The position numbers and the translations under genes were made by a program. DNA of 64,000 nucleotides from the human T2T-CHM13v2.0 reference genome, Homo sapiens. Under the pieces are notes generated by a model, which ran no database searches, was not told the DNA's origin, and worked only from the letters and a program-made list of their open reading frames with translations. Position 1 is the first letter of the stretch. Each line of letters begins with the position of its first letter. Positions 13,600 through 27,860 of this stretch are shown piece by piece. The stretch lies in assembly GCF_009914755.1 (NCBI RefSeq), contig NC_060926.1, one strand, 5' to 3'.

Positions 13600-14600
13600 A
13601 CAATCATTTAAAATATAGTTTTCTTCATAGTTAACTGGCATAAATATATCCATATTATTGTTTCAATTTTATAACTGACAATACCGGCACACAGAGAAGT
13701 ATGTGACTTAGAATTATAGGGTTTTGGAGCTGGGGGTATCTTAGATTTTGTTGAGTCTTACTAACTTTACTAGTCTACAAGCAGTCAAACTCATATCCAA
13801 GGTCATACAGGTCATTAGCAGAGGAGGTGCAACTCATAATAGTTTTTATTATAGGGTTGGTAGTTGTGTGAACAAGTGTATGAATCCTGTGTGAACTCTT
13901 AACCAGTTGCTGACTGTACTATGATTTAGCCCCTTTTAAAATGAAGTTTTCTAAAAAGGAAATTGGATATTGTAATATCTACTTCATAGGGTTATTAGGA
14001 GGACTATGTAAGATTATTAAAGGGCTTAATATAACCTATGAAAAGCATTCAGTAAATAGTAGCCTATAATACAGGCAGTAATACTACTACTAGTGGTAGC
14101 GTGGTAATAGTAGAGGTGTAGTAACAGAAATGGTGGTTCATGTAGTAGTGATATAAGCTTATCCAAGTCTTTCTGACGCCATCATGAAGTTCAGAATAGG
14201 GAAGAGACAACACCAAACTCTGTCTGGAGGGCTTAATAAAGGAAACACCAAGAAGGTGAGATTTGAACTAAAATTATAAAGGAAGACTAGAAATCACTTA
14301 CCTAAATCACTTAATAGGTAAAGCGCAGAGAAGGGTTTTCCCGGCATAGAGATTAGCCCATGCCAAGTGGGCATGTTATGTTTTCTATGGCTGGAAGGAA
14401 CAATGCATCTGCAGAATATGCAGGAGATCAGACTGTGGAGTTTGATGGGAGTGGACTCACATGTCATGCTAAAGCACATTGGAATTTTCCTTAAAATTGT
14501 GATGAGACATCAAAATATTTTAAGCAGGTTAGTAAGTGGGTCAGATTTGGGTTTTAAAAAGAAAACTCTAGAGGTGTTATGATGGATGGAGAAGATGAAC
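13600..14600. mobile_element. Cluster of MIR and L2 fragments
   Basis: ccaaggtcatacag, tctacttcatagggttattaggagga (MIR); gaaggtgagatttgaact...tcagatttgggttttaaaaagaaaactct (L2). Confidence 0.55.
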
Positions 14601-17282
14601 TAGCTTGGAGACGCAAATGTCTAAGAGAGGTACTATTCACCTTTAAGTGCATAGTCCTGTTTGATTGATTCTGACATCTGTATGAGAGACTGTACTCTTG
14701 ATGCAACCTTCTAAGAAAGAGACAGGAATTAAAGAGTTTTATTAAAATGGTAACAACTGTAAATAACTGTCAGCTGCTGATGTGAGTAATGGAAGGAGAT
14801 CAGTGCTGCAGCAGCTGGTGAGCTTGGGCAGCAAGCGTGATGGCAATCCATGGTTTTTGCTATTTGATGAGAGTTAGTCCCACATATTCCATTCATTTAA
14901 ATCCATTTCTTTGGAGATGCTGTAAAGTCTCAAAATATTTTCCTTTATAATGAGTTGATTCATCTTAGCTGAATTAAAATGTGAATGTGCAACAAGGAGA
15001 ACTTTTTTTTAAAGAACCAAGAAAAGGTAAATATTGTCATAAAATGTAAATGTATAACTAATTTAATGACATATCTTTTATATTTGAATAATAGAAATTT
15101 CTTCCAGGGTCACCTTTCTTATAGTACATACATCTAAGCTATGCTTACAGAATAGGAGTAATAAAAGAGAAAATCCTAAACTCAGTGTTTAAAGCAACCC
15201 TTAACTGGCATTAAAAAAACAAACACACCATAAAACCTATTAGGGAATTAGGGTCTGGCACTCATTGAGACTTTAGAATTCATATGCTTATTTTTTGCAG
15301 TAGTTCAGGCAGTAGTTCCTTTTCTGGCAACTCCATAAAAATAATTCATAGAATCAAAGAATGTTCAAGTTGGGAAGCATTTTGGGGATATCTTGTCCAA
15401 TGTTTATCTGACAACATTATTGCAGAGATTTTGACCTTTAAATAACCCTCCAGAGAACTAACGTAACTGACACCTTGTGGTTTGCATTAGAGATGTTGAT
15501 GGGTATTAGGAATATATGGGGCAGTGGAGATTCTTTCTTTTTCAGGTCACTTTTTATTGGCATATATTTACTTACTTTTAGATGTTTGTTTCATCATGCC
15601 TCACATCATCATTGTGTATCCAAGCTAAGAACTAATCTTTCTGGTCAATAAACAGTTTGTGGTGTTTATCATGGGTTTGCTCATTGTATCAGTAATGATC
15701 AAATTTGAATATTGAATGACATTGAATGACTAAGCAAGTAGGTGACTCCTGAGGAAGCTGCATACTACATAGAGTGCATTAAATACTGAGCTAAATTTTT
15801 TTTAAATAAATGTTTTGTTTTGCATACCTGTCCCAAGGTATCTTAGGGAGCTCTGGCAGAAGGAATAAGATGGTATTTCTAGTAAAGGCCTTTAGGAAAT
15901 ATTTTAGGTGATAAGTTTAAAAAATATTATATCTAGTGCACTTTTCAAAATATGAAAAGAAAGGGACAAACAAGGTACATGCTTCTCAGCTGCTCTTGGG
16001 TGAGTGATTCATTTTCTCCCAGTTGCAGGGAGAGGTGCAGTCACCAAAAACAAGGGTTGACTAGGAAGGAAGGAATTTTAAGAAAAATGGATAAAATTTA
16101 ATCTCTGATCATTGACACAATTATAAATACCAAATTGATTTTTCCCCCAGAGAAAAATCTCCCCTTCAGAACTCCTTTTCTTTTCTAAGTCAGTTAGAAA
16201 TATAACTTTAAATGAAATTAAAGCTCTAACATTTGCCATAGAAACTGTCTCCAAGTTATAAATTGAATTCCAACTGATTAGAAATGAACTATATATTTTG
16301 TCTTTATATTTGTGATACAGATAATCAAATTATAGTATTTGATAGAGATCAGGGAGTTTATTACCTGTTATGTAAAAGTTCAGCATTTAGTACCAATATG
16401 CAAATAAACAAAGCAAAAAAGTTCTTATGTTTGTGATATTGAAAAATAAGCCAATACATGGGGTGAGCAGATATGATGTATTTAGAGTGTCTCTGAGGGA
16501 AACTAACACATAGCATCTCTCTTGGCTGCCCTGATTCTAAACATGTTAAGATATAAAGTAAGGGAGTGAGGGAGAACCTTATTGCTGCGGGAGGCTGGGG
16601 TGGATGATGTGACCCTAGCTCAGTTAGACAAGTGGATCCACTGAAGAACCCCATAATTAGTCAGGATCTTCCCACCTGGGCACAGGATGCTGAAGGGTAG
16701 GCTCCTATCCCTGGAGACGCTGCAGAGAAAGTCTGCTCACTGCAAGTTACCTTTTCTATGCCTAAATTTTGACTTCTTTAAATGATTACATCTTTTGCGA
16801 GTTATGCCTAGAAGTGAAAATTCTACATTGAAGGGGGATGTGCTGATTTACCTCAGTATAAGTAGTGTTTAGAGCACGCATATCTCATTTGCCTATTTAT
16901 TCACTCTCATTGGACAAATCTTGATTAAACACCAAGAACATTGCAGGCCCTGTGTGAGGCAATGGAGAGGAGAGAGTAGAGGAGAAGATAGACATGAATT
17001 TCTTCTCCCACAGCTAAAGTTTAGTGAGTGAGACTAACATTTAAACATGAAAAATGCTTCTGAGAATAAGTGACATTCAGCCTGAACCCTGAGAACTTGG
17101 CTAGGAAGGGCGAATGAGTGGAGAGAGTAAACGATCCAGGCAAAGAAAACTCCAGGAACCAAGTCTCGGAGACAGGACAGCCTGAGCAGCTGGCACTTCC
17201 ATGGCTGAAATGTTTTCTTTGTTTTAGTTCATCTGTGGTTCACTCTGAACAAATCTTTACTTTTATTTAAATCATTAATTGC

Positions 17283-17413
17283 AGACTACATATTGGGTAC
17301 AGTGTACACTGCTCAGGTGATGTGTACACTAAAATCTCAGGAATCACCACTAAAGAACTTAGCATGTAACAAAAAAAAACCCCTCTACCCCAAAACTATT
17401 GGAATTAAAAAAA
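17283..17413 (+). mobile_element. Short L1MA-type 3' end
   Basis: tattgggtacagtgtacactgctcaggtgat...caccactaaagaactta...ccccaaaactatt + A tail. Confidence 0.85.
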
Positions 17414-17679
17414 TGAATCTTTAATTGCAAAATAATTTGATTTCTATATTTGCATTATTTTAAAACCATATTTACAAAAAATTCATTCTATGTGTTATTG
17501 GCTTTAATGTTTATTAAAGGTCATGTTATTCTAAGCCATCTCTCTTTTTTTAAATTTCTTTGCTTTGTTTTGTCTGTAGTTTGCTTCAAGCAAAATTTTT
17601 CCTACATGAAGTTTACATGAAATACACAAGAACCTTTTAATGATTTTTTTCTTAGAATTATGTCTTAATTTAAAAAAAT

Positions 17680-17783
17680 TACTACTAGTACTAGTACTAC
17701 TACTAGTACTAGCACTACTACTAGTACTAGCACTACTACTAGTAGTACTAGCACTACTACTAGTACTAGTACTACTACTACTA
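17680..17783. repeat. Compound (TAC)/(TAG) microsatellite with ~18-nt higher-order unit
   Basis: Read directly: ctactactagtactag(c/t)a repeated about 5 times. Confidence 0.95.
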
Positions 17784-18034
17784 AAATCTCACCAGAAACT
17801 TCCTCTTTGTCTTATTCTCTTTTATTTCTTTTGCCTGGTATAAAATGTCACCTTCCCATTTGCAGACTCAAGTCTTCCTTTAGTGCAAGATTTTTCTTCT
17901 GTTATGTTTTTATTGATTTATTCTATTGTTATCTTTTCTTCAGAAAAAGAAGTAATCTGCCACATCCTCCAGATAGGCATCTTATACCTCATATACCTCC
18001 TCACAGCTGTCTTTGTTCTTCTTCTTTTCTTTTT

Positions 18035-18235
18035 TTAGTGGCTTAAAAGAACATGCGTTTGTTCTCTTACAGTTCTGGAAGTCAGAAGTCCTAAAATCAA
18101 TGTGTCAGCAGGGCTGCCTTCCTTCTGGAGGTGCTGGGGGGAGTCCTTATCCTTTTCAGCTTCTAGAGGCCACTGGCATTGCATGACTCTTGGTCCCTTC
18201 CTCCATCATCAAAGCCAAAAGTGTAGCGATTTCCA
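18035..18235 (-). mobile_element. MLT1 LTR fragment
   Basis: gtggcttaaaa...ctcttacagttctggaagtcagaagtcc...gtcagcagggctg. Confidence 0.75.
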
Positions 18236-18509
18236 CTCTTATATCCCTGGCCACATCCTCACTCGAACACCCTTTCTCAAACTCTCAAGTCTTTGTTCTT
18301 TTTCCCTCCCTTTCGGAGGATTCTTCAGGTGTCTCCTAAATTGCTGAATTCATTTTCTTGCTTTGTCAGATCTACTGTTTTTTGTTCTAATAGTGATTTT
18401 AAAATTTGGTTATATTTTAGATTCCTTATAATCTTTTGTTAATCAATCCTGCTCTTAAATTTCTGTCTCCATCTCAGTCTACTATTAACTCAACTCTATT
18501 TTATGGACA

Positions 18510-18720
18510 CTATAGTGCAGTGGTTAAGGGTGTACAGTGTGGATCCAGGCCGCATGGGCTGCATTAAGGCCCTGCTGCTTGCTAGCTGTGTGGCTGGGCA
18601 AAATATGTGGAATCTGTGCCTCAGGTTCCTCATCTGTGAAATGGGGACAAGAAAATGCCTGTCTCATAGAGCTGCTGTGAGACTAAGAGTCAATTCATTT
18701 ACCATAGTTAGTAGTCAATA
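18510..18720 (+). mobile_element. MIR
   Basis: tagtgcagtggttaagggtg...tgtgcctcaggttcctcatctgtgaaatgggga. Confidence 0.8.
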
Positions 18721-19494
18721 ACTTAGTTTCTGATTAACCCATAGTCTATATTTTTCTAAATTATTCAGAATAATTATTTAGAATTTCATCCAGCTGTTCT
18801 CGCATGTATCAATATGTGTGTATATATGTCATGTGTGTATTTTGTTACTTATCTTTTAAGGCATCAAGTTTTACTTGGTCTTAATATTTTAAAATTCTTA
18901 ATTCTTTCCATAATCAATTTGGTTGGCCTTGAACGTATCTTCTCAGTTATTAAATGGGTGGACTCATCGGCATGTATTTCCTTTAACCAATTTTTCTGGG
19001 GGTGGGGGGTGCAGATTTATTTAGTGTAGTCTACTAAAGGACAGAGTGCTTGGTCCTGGGTCTTTTAATAAGGTGAAGCTTAAGGTTGGCCCATCAGAAG
19101 CCATCTATACTTCTTCCTTTTCCGGGATAAGGTGTGACAAATGGCAATCCAGCTGGTATTGCCCCACAGCTCTTCCAGCTTCAGCTCCTAGCACTTAGTC
19201 CTTCACCCAGCAGTTCCATGCATCACTCCCCAATATCTTCACCTCAGCTACATCGTATTGCCGGTGACTGTTGTCTTAGAGAGACAGGAATTAATGGGGC
19301 ATGAAATAAATCTTGTCATTCAGAAAGTAGCACTCACGTGCTTCTTTCTCAGTGACCTGAGCAGTACTCAAGTAGCTTTTCACCTTCTTATTAAAACAAA
19401 ATCTATCTGTGAGCTGCGAGTTGTAGTGGGTGAAGATGGAAATCCTCAACTCTCATGTTTTGCATCTTTTTGTCCTCCTGAACAGAAGGTATCA

Positions 19495-19700
19495 GATGGT
19501 GGTTAAGGATTCACAATACAGACTCACATAGACCTGGTTCAAATTCTAGCCGATTGGTGGATATTCCAGGTTAAAGCAGTTAATCTCTTTGAGCTAAAGT
19601 TTCTTCATCCATAACAAATGGATGTAAAAAAATAAAAGTGTCTCCTCCATGTTCATGTAAGGTTTTAAATTAGAAAATGTTTAATAAATGGCAGCTATTA
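19495..19700 (+). mobile_element. MIR
   Basis: ggtggttaagga...agacctggttcaaattctagc...aagtttcttcatc. Confidence 0.65.
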
Positions 19701-20841
19701 TCGGCCTGGAAACATCCCTTTCCTTTCATCAGCTCACAGCACAACTTTGATTTTCCCCCATGTGTGGGGCTCAAGACCTAGCCCTCAGTTCTTGTAGAAA
19801 GTTGTGATTGTTGAGAGGTGCTCACAGGGTTGTCAGTGGTTGGATAGCAGTGAGTTTGGTGGGGTGTTCAGGGCTGATACAGTCAGTCAGCTGAATTTGG
19901 GACTGAGGTGCACAAATCCTCTGATAACCAAAATTCTCTAACTTCTAGAAATGATTGAGGATTCTGCCAGACAAGTTATCCCCAGGACTGCAGGACTTGA
20001 TGGCTTTCTCTTCTGCCCCTGCTCTGGCAGGGACAAGTGCCTACTGTTGGCAATCTACATTTCCATTATTCCTAAGCACTAGCACTTTCTGGAAAGCAGA
20101 CATCTCCCTGAATGGAGGGACCCAGAGTTTCAGGCCTCCATCCCCTTATGACCCCAGACCTGGAGACATGTTCTTCATCTTCATCTGGAATGTCTTCACT
20201 GATCCTTGAGGTCCTCAGACAGAAAGGGGCTTATTCCTTCAACACTCCCCTCCCTCCCCTTTTAAAAGCCAGAACTTGATTATCTCTAATGGTATTCACA
20301 CTTATAACATTCAAAAAATCAATCTCATTGACTACACTGGGAGCCTTTTCTTATATAACATCTTACTTCCCTTTAAAAAAAAACACACACTTCATATCAC
20401 CTTCACCCAATACTTTTCATACATCATAGACAGAGTGAATCCCCAAAATAGCTCTATTATTCCTCTCTCTAAAGTAGAGAAGTAGCTGAGAATTCATTTT
20501 AAAGAGGACAGTTGATTACATTTATATAATAACTATTACCCTTTGTCCTGCCACTTTGCCAAAGGGCTTCATCTAAACTTCAGTTTAGAAAGCTCCTGTG
20601 GATCCCAGCAGATCATCCTCTGGTATTTTCAGTGTTGTTGAAACTTTGTATTTCTTTGTGTTTTCATGAGGGTGAATCAAGAATCACTAGCCTTCCAATA
20701 TCTGATCTCAGGGTCCCCTGTTCACATTTATGAAATGGGCAATTTTTCTTATTTGAATGGAAAAAATTTCAATTTATGTAAATGTTTATAAAAATCTTGA
20801 AGACTAACAATAATTCTTTGTAATCTTACCTTCTTTTTCAG

Positions 20842-21302
<461 letters not shown>

Positions 21303-21997
21303 TAAGTAAAGAACAGATATAAATTGATTTGAAATATCTTTAAGAGATTAAATTTATGAATGTATATTTATTGTGTGATTTATCAGAAAAGCATATATAT
21401 ATTAAGAAAACATAAGTAACCCCAAAAGCTACCCCTTGTGCTTAAATTCTAAATATATTTTAAGATCTGTTTTTAGCAGATTGGGATGTTCTCATCAACT
21501 ATATATGAACTCCCAGAAAATATCTTGATGATCTTGGCAGACAATTTTATTTGCATTCTACAAATATGTCATAACTGAAAAGATCAAGTGGATTTGCTGT
21601 ATTGTTTTTAATCTTTACATCAAATTGTCTCTCACTAAATATGCAAATATATTGACTGAGAGAGGTCCATTCTTCAGCCTTTCATGAAGAAAAGGACAAA
21701 TCGAATGTTTGTGATTATTATCAAACTATCTTAAGGTTGTGTGCATTTTGCATAATTATCATTTTGGAAATTCTGAATATTAGTGGCATCTATCCAACTG
21801 GACACATACATCTAGTAATCAGGTAGATGTGGATTTGGCTTTATAATCTCCAGTTAACTATTTATTTCTGTCTCAGATTGTTATGAAATGCTATCTCAGA
21901 CACAGAGAGGAAAAACATCATAGTCAGCATTTTGATCTTCTCTCACAAATCTTCCATAAGTCCTCGTTGATTTAGTCCTCTCCACCATTTAGGTAGT

Positions 21998-22868
21998 TAT
22001 TGTGGGATCTGGCCAGCAGCCCACAATGCAACGGGGCTCTCTCTTTGTTCCCAGGCGGATCGGCAGGTTGAGAAATAATAGACACACACAAGATAGTGAA
22101 AGCTGGGTCCAGGGGGTCACCGCCTTCTGGTCCCACAGTGCCAACAATGCACTGGATATACCAGCATTTATTATTAAGTTTAGTGAGGGTGGGGTAGGTT
22201 AGTGAGAGATTTAGGGTCGTTTGATTATGAGGTGAGATGGTCACATGGGGATGAAGTAATTCTTTAACATAACATTTGTATGCAGAAGTACAGTATACAG
22301 AGATAAGAATTTACAATATAGTGTGTGCATTAGTAATTTCTAACAGAGCCTTAAAACAGAAACACATTCTTTCCATAACCTATTATTAGCAAGATATTAA
22401 TCAGCAGTAACAGTTGCAGCAAAAGCTGATTACAAACAATCCACAGAAAGAGGAAGTGAAGCTAGACAACCGGTTAGACCAGAAATTCTCAGAAGGGAGT
22501 ATGCCTTAACCCTAAAGAGGCCTGGAAGAGCTGTCCAAGATGAGGGCGTTTATAGCCCTATCTTATCCATATGGACAGGCACCCCCCATGCGTCCGTTTA
22601 TAGGCTCTCCACAAGGGTCGCTTTCCATTCCCAGAGCCACGAACATCTGCTTTTCTGGGATAGGAATCTTGGTGATGTGAAGCCTCCCTGACTGCACGTC
22701 CATTCATAGGCTCTCTGCAGGGGGAAGCACATCACGTGCTGTTGGCTCATTCTGGCAGTCCAACCTGGCATTGTCTTTACATAATCCTGCATGCAACTTT
22801 GTATTTACAATAATCAGGAGCATTTCAACTTTTATTCCTTAGCAATAGTTTCAGGGGGGGTCCCTGCA
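21998..22868 (-). mobile_element. ERVK-class solo LTR, MER11D-like
   Basis: 871 bp; minus strand starts TGCAGGGACCCCCCTGAAACTATTGCT...; perfect 6-bp TSD ggtagt (21992-21997, 22869-22874), typical of betaretroviral integration. Confidence 0.85.
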
Positions 22869-24111
22869 GGTAGTATTTACTGTTGAGCTGCAAAGACTAC
22901 AGGTATGACCTGCAGGATTCACAGTATCCTATGCCCATAGAATGCACAGTATTAATAAATCAGCAGCTGCTAGTGCCAGTTATTTTTAATATGCTGTCAG
23001 TGGTAGTATTATACATTGTGCATGAGTTTATGGTGAAAGGTCTATGCTATACTAATATAGCTTGTCTCTCATGTCACATCCCATCTGAGAAGACATAGGC
23101 CAAAGGATAGAATAATAAAAAATGTAAATAACTTTTCACTCTTCTTCATAAAGTGGAAGAGTGTAGTGGTGTTTAGAAGCTACTTATTTCTTTAGTTCTG
23201 AACAAAGCTGCTTATTTCTTTAATTCTGAATGACGTGAACTAATACTTTTAGTAAAGTGTTGCTCAAAAGACATGAGAAATTTTGGAGGGAACAAAGGGT
23301 GGCCTATCTTTAAAAATGGATAGAATAGACAATATTTTGAATTAATTCATGGAGGATTATTTCCCAGAACAATTGAAGAGAATAATTTATCAAGGATTGA
23401 AATAATCAACTACTCAGAATTCAGAATAACTTTGAAATAATCTGGTGCCCAGAAGATTTCAAGTAAGAAATTGTTAATGAGAACAGTTTAGACTAATAGA
23501 AGTCAGAAAAAGTATTTTTCAGCTAAATACATTTTTTAATGGCTGAAACATATTTAATATCCTTAATTATGTCCAAAGTTAAGTCACAGATAAAAATGTA
23601 GTGAAGAGTGATTCTTTTTTCAGAGAAAAATGTGGGAACCTACTTGACACCAATTTGAGAATTCAATTCCATATTCTGTTTCTGAGGCCTTAGATTTCCA
23701 AGTTTAAATAGCATCTCACTTTTTAAATAGGCTTAGGAAAATTAAATCTGTGTCCCTGTCTCAGTGACGTTCCTACGATAAGGGTTAATTAAGTATTTAA
23801 ATTTATATCAGCTAATTTTGTACCTTTAAACTTATCTTCCATTCTGTTATTACCTTTGTCTAACAAATGTTCAAATATTCTTGCTAAAATAAAACAATAC
23901 AAAATTTCCAAATGGTGGCATCTAAAACAGTTACAGAGCATGTTTCCATGCATACTACTATGAAAAACAGAAAACACCTTTCGGAGCTGAGATAATCTCT
24001 CCAGGTGAATGTGTGCTCACACACAAATAAGAAAGACTTCTGAAAAGTACATAAAATCCCTTAGTTGGCATGGTGGTTTAAAATGGAAATGAGTGAATCA
24101 ATCAGTTCTTA

Positions 24112-24235
24112 AAACAACTTTTTATCTTGAGATAATTGTAGATTCACATACAGTTGCAAAAATAATACAGAGAGATCCCATATATCCTTTAACCAGTTTC
24201 CCTCAATGGTGGCATAGTGTATAACTACAGTTTAC
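24112..24235 (-). mobile_element. L1MB-type 3' end fragment
   Basis: tgagataattgtagattcacatacagttgcaaaaataatacagagagatccc. Confidence 0.7.
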
Positions 24236-24509
24236 AATCATTTACCCTAAAACAAAATTGTGTGAATAAAATTCAGTCATCTATTAGATTTAATAAGATG
24301 GATAATACATTTTTTTCCTTTTAAATTACAACTCAAACTCAATTACTTCATAAAGTAGGAAGAGGTTGCCAGGTCTGGAAAAACAGATATGAAAAAATGC
24401 AAGATTCAGTGAAAAAGAATACTTGAATGTTTTGACTAATTTCACTTCCCATTTAATGTTAGACAAAACTCATATTTAATGTTTATTTTTTTAAAATAAA
24501 TCCAACCGG

Positions 24510-24715
24510 TATTTATTACGTAGCATGAGAGTAAAGAGGAGAGGTTTTAAGGCCGCATCCATCACTTACTGCATCACACTGAATGGATACTTTCTCTCTG
24601 TGAGCCTCTATCCTCTCTTGGCAATGGGATAATAATAGCTCTCTCCCATGGTTGTTAGAATAAAATGAAGCAAACAGCATGGGATGTAACAGGAGCATGG
24701 TGCTTAATGGCCAGT
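24510..24715 (+). mobile_element. MIR
   Basis: tctctctgtgagcctc...aatgggataataatagctctctcccatggttgtt. Confidence 0.6.
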
Positions 24716-25456
24716 AGTGTCATGCTGAGTGCCCTCCTTGAACCCCCAATTTAGGTGGGGATGGGTAGAGACAGAGAGAGTGGGAGAGATAGATACTATG
24801 ATTGATTTAATTAAATAAAATGGGGAAAGTACCAACAGAGATGCCCATACAAAGTGCTATGTATACAGAAAAGAGTGAAGGATTAATTCAAGGCCACGGG
24901 AATTGATCAAGAAAGGCTTAAGAGCAATAGTAATTTTTTAAAGCTAAATTGATTCTTAAAAGAAAATCAGAGATTTTCTAGAGCTGCTCACCTGGAGAGA
25001 CATCACCTAGGGAGAGAGAGCACAGAATTAGGAATCTATTTTCTAAACAGGACACTGAGTCCCAAAACCACCTGACTTCTTTGCATTCCTCTCGTGGCTT
25101 TGCCCTTGGACACAGACCACACCATGTTTCCAGCAAACCAGAAGACTGCTATCAGTTGGTACATCCCTGAATCATCTTATTAGACAGCTGTGCATTTTCA
25201 GAGAGCCAGGGTATAAAAACGTACAATGTGCATGGGTGGCCATATGGACGCTGAAAAAAATCAGTGCCCAGGATTGCTACATGATTTGAATAGAGAGTAA
25301 AAGTCCATTTTAAGTGAACAGCCAGACCCATGACCCATGTACACATTTGCCTGGCATATGCGAACTAGCAAAGCTCATCAGTATTCACAGGGCTATAATT
25401 AGTTACATTCCACTGGACAGAATTTGTATTTCTATGGGCAGGAATTATTTGCATTA

Positions 25457-26030
25457 CTGTGGTAGGCATATTTCTATATTGGCCCCCAAGATTCCTGCCC
25501 ATGGGTGTATAAGCCTTGTAAAATCCTGCTCCCCCAATACCCTTCGCCTTGAGTGTGGTTAAGACCTATGATGGGGTAGCCTTTCCATTGGTTAGTTTAC
25601 TTTATATGACAAAGATGTTAGGATAGTCATTCCTGTGATTATGATGTGTTATATAAGATTCCATCCTGTGAGCTTGGAGAGAGATTCTCCTGCTGGCTTT
25701 GAGGAAGCAATCTGACATGTTGTGAGGGCCTATAGCTAGAACCTGAGAAAAGCCTGCAGGTATTGTGTGACCACTGGTTGACAGCCAAAAAACAGCCCCG
25801 CAACTGCAAGAATCTGAGATTTTTCAAGCAACCTGAATGAACTTAGAAGTGAACCCTGAGGCCCAGATAAGAATGCAGCCAACACTTTAATTTCAGCCTT
25901 GAGAGACTGTGGGCCAGGGGCCCAGGGTATGTGCCTGGACTCCTAGCCTATAGAAACTGAGAGAGAACAAATGAGTATTGTTTTAAACCACTAAATTCAT
26001 ACTAGTTTGTTATACAATAGAAAATGAATA
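25457..26030 (+). mobile_element. MLT1 (MaLR) LTR
   Basis: tgtggtagg...ggcccccaagattcc...ctggctttgaggaagcaa...ttgttttaaaccactaaatt...aatagaaaatgaatata. Confidence 0.8.
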
Positions 26031-27334
26031 TAATTACTACCTGTTTTTAATAAACAAACTTCTATCTCCATGGAGTTATAGAAGAGCTTAGTCCTAGAAA
26101 AAAAGGGAGAAAAACCCAGATGGCTGAGCCTGGAGGATACCCACTACATTTTGGTTGCCTAAAGCAAATTTTCCTTATTCTGCATTGAACCAAACTGTCC
26201 CCAATGTTTACATTTGTGATAATTTCACAATGTGCTACACTGGTGTATTTTTTGTTTTAACTTAATTTTGGGCTCCTAGTCATACACAGTAGGAAAAATC
26301 AGTAGCTTGATTTTGAGAACGGTCTCTGGGAGGATTTACCCTTTCATCTTAAAGGAGGAAATATAATTTTTGTTTAAGAGTGATGTTAGACAAGACTTTC
26401 AAGGTTTTGCAAGTGAGTTAATTCTGTCCCCTTTTATCTGATTAGGCTGAACTAAAATGCCATGAAGGCACTCAGTGTCCTGCCCACATAGGCAGTGGTG
26501 GGAAGGGGGCACTCACCATCAGGATTCAGGAGAACAAGCACATCCCAGGGAGCCCTGACGGTTGAAAGGACCAGTTAGGTCAGAGGAACCCACTGTTTAT
26601 CAAGGATCTTGCCTTGGATGGAATAGATTTAAGGTAGAATCTTCATATTGAATAGGCTGTAGGTAACTCAAAGTAGGAGGTGTGAGTACCAGGAGCAGCA
26701 TAGGAGAAAGCCCGTAGGCTGCAGGGAAGCTCTGAATGTGAGGATGAGTGGGTGGAGCAGATGGTTCAGGTACTAGTGAGAGATAAGACAGGCAGAGGAC
26801 AATGAGGTGTAGGAAATGTACAACTCTACCTACTTCTACATTAGGCATTTCAATATGATTTCAACATGATTTTATGGGACATTCTAGCTCCTATTGTCAA
26901 GAGGGTTATGATAGGAAAGTGTATGTACATGGAAGATGATTCCCAGTAAAGCCTGAGAATATTATAGCTCATATGGACTTCTAGGCCCTATTTCCTCATT
27001 TTGGAGATAAAACTAAATCACACTCACACAGGTAGTTAATATCAAGTATGGAACCTGAATCAAGATCTCTGTAGCCTTAGTCTAGTGTGATCTGTACTCA
27101 CTCATACAGCTTATTTCCAAGAAGAAAAACAGATAAATAAAGCAGCAGGAGGAAAGACTAGTGAGAAAGGAAGAGGGTCAATTGTTTGAGATTATTAGAG
27201 TGTAAATAATTCACAGAGAAAGGGAGATATTTGCAATAATTATGAAAGAAGAAGCCAGATTTGGCAATTTCTTGGATAAAAAGTATAACCTCACCCACTC
27301 CAGGAAAACCTCCCAGAAAATAGTATGCTTGAGG

Positions 27335-27860
27335 GTGCTAGCTATCTATTGCTGCAAAAGGAATGACCACAAACCTAGCGGCTTAAAACAACTCCCTTGC
27401 TATTTCCCAGTTTCTGTAGGTCAGGAATCTGGGTATGGATCCCCTGCTTCAGGATCTCTTACCAGGCTGCAATTGATTTGTCAGCTGGGGCTGTGGTCTT
27501 ATCTTAAGGTTGGACTGGGGAAGAATCTACTTCTAAGTTCATGTGATTGTTGGTAGGATTCAGTTACTTGCTGGCTGTTGTCCAGATGCCACCTTTCCTT
27601 GCTACATGGGCCTCTCAGTATAGCAGCTCACAACATGGTGGCTTGCTTCATCGAACCAAGCAAGAGAGCCAGTCTGCTAGTGAGATGAAAGTTACAGCCT
27701 TATGCAATGTAATCTCAGAAGTGGGATGCTGTCATCTTTGCCATAATCTACTGGTTAGACACAAGTCCCAGGTCTTGCCTACACTTAGAGGGAAAGGATA
27801 AAACAGGGGCAAAAATAGCAGGAGGGGGGATCATGGAAGCCCACTTAGAATAACCATCAT
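27335..27860 (-). mobile_element. MLT1 (MaLR) LTR
   Basis: ctattgctgc...aacctagcggcttaaaacaac...tctgtaggtcaggaatctggg...ggggatcatgg. Confidence 0.8.

Noticed and set aside
17680-17783. Possible CRISPR-like or other spaced repeat array
   Set aside because: No unique spacers and no cas genes; the DNA is primate. No CRISPR array, tRNA or rRNA gene was recognised anywhere in the window.
17640-17843. 67-aa signal-peptide/TM-like ORF
   Set aside because: Hydrophobicity comes entirely from the CTA/GTA/GCA microsatellite; no promoter or splice support seen.
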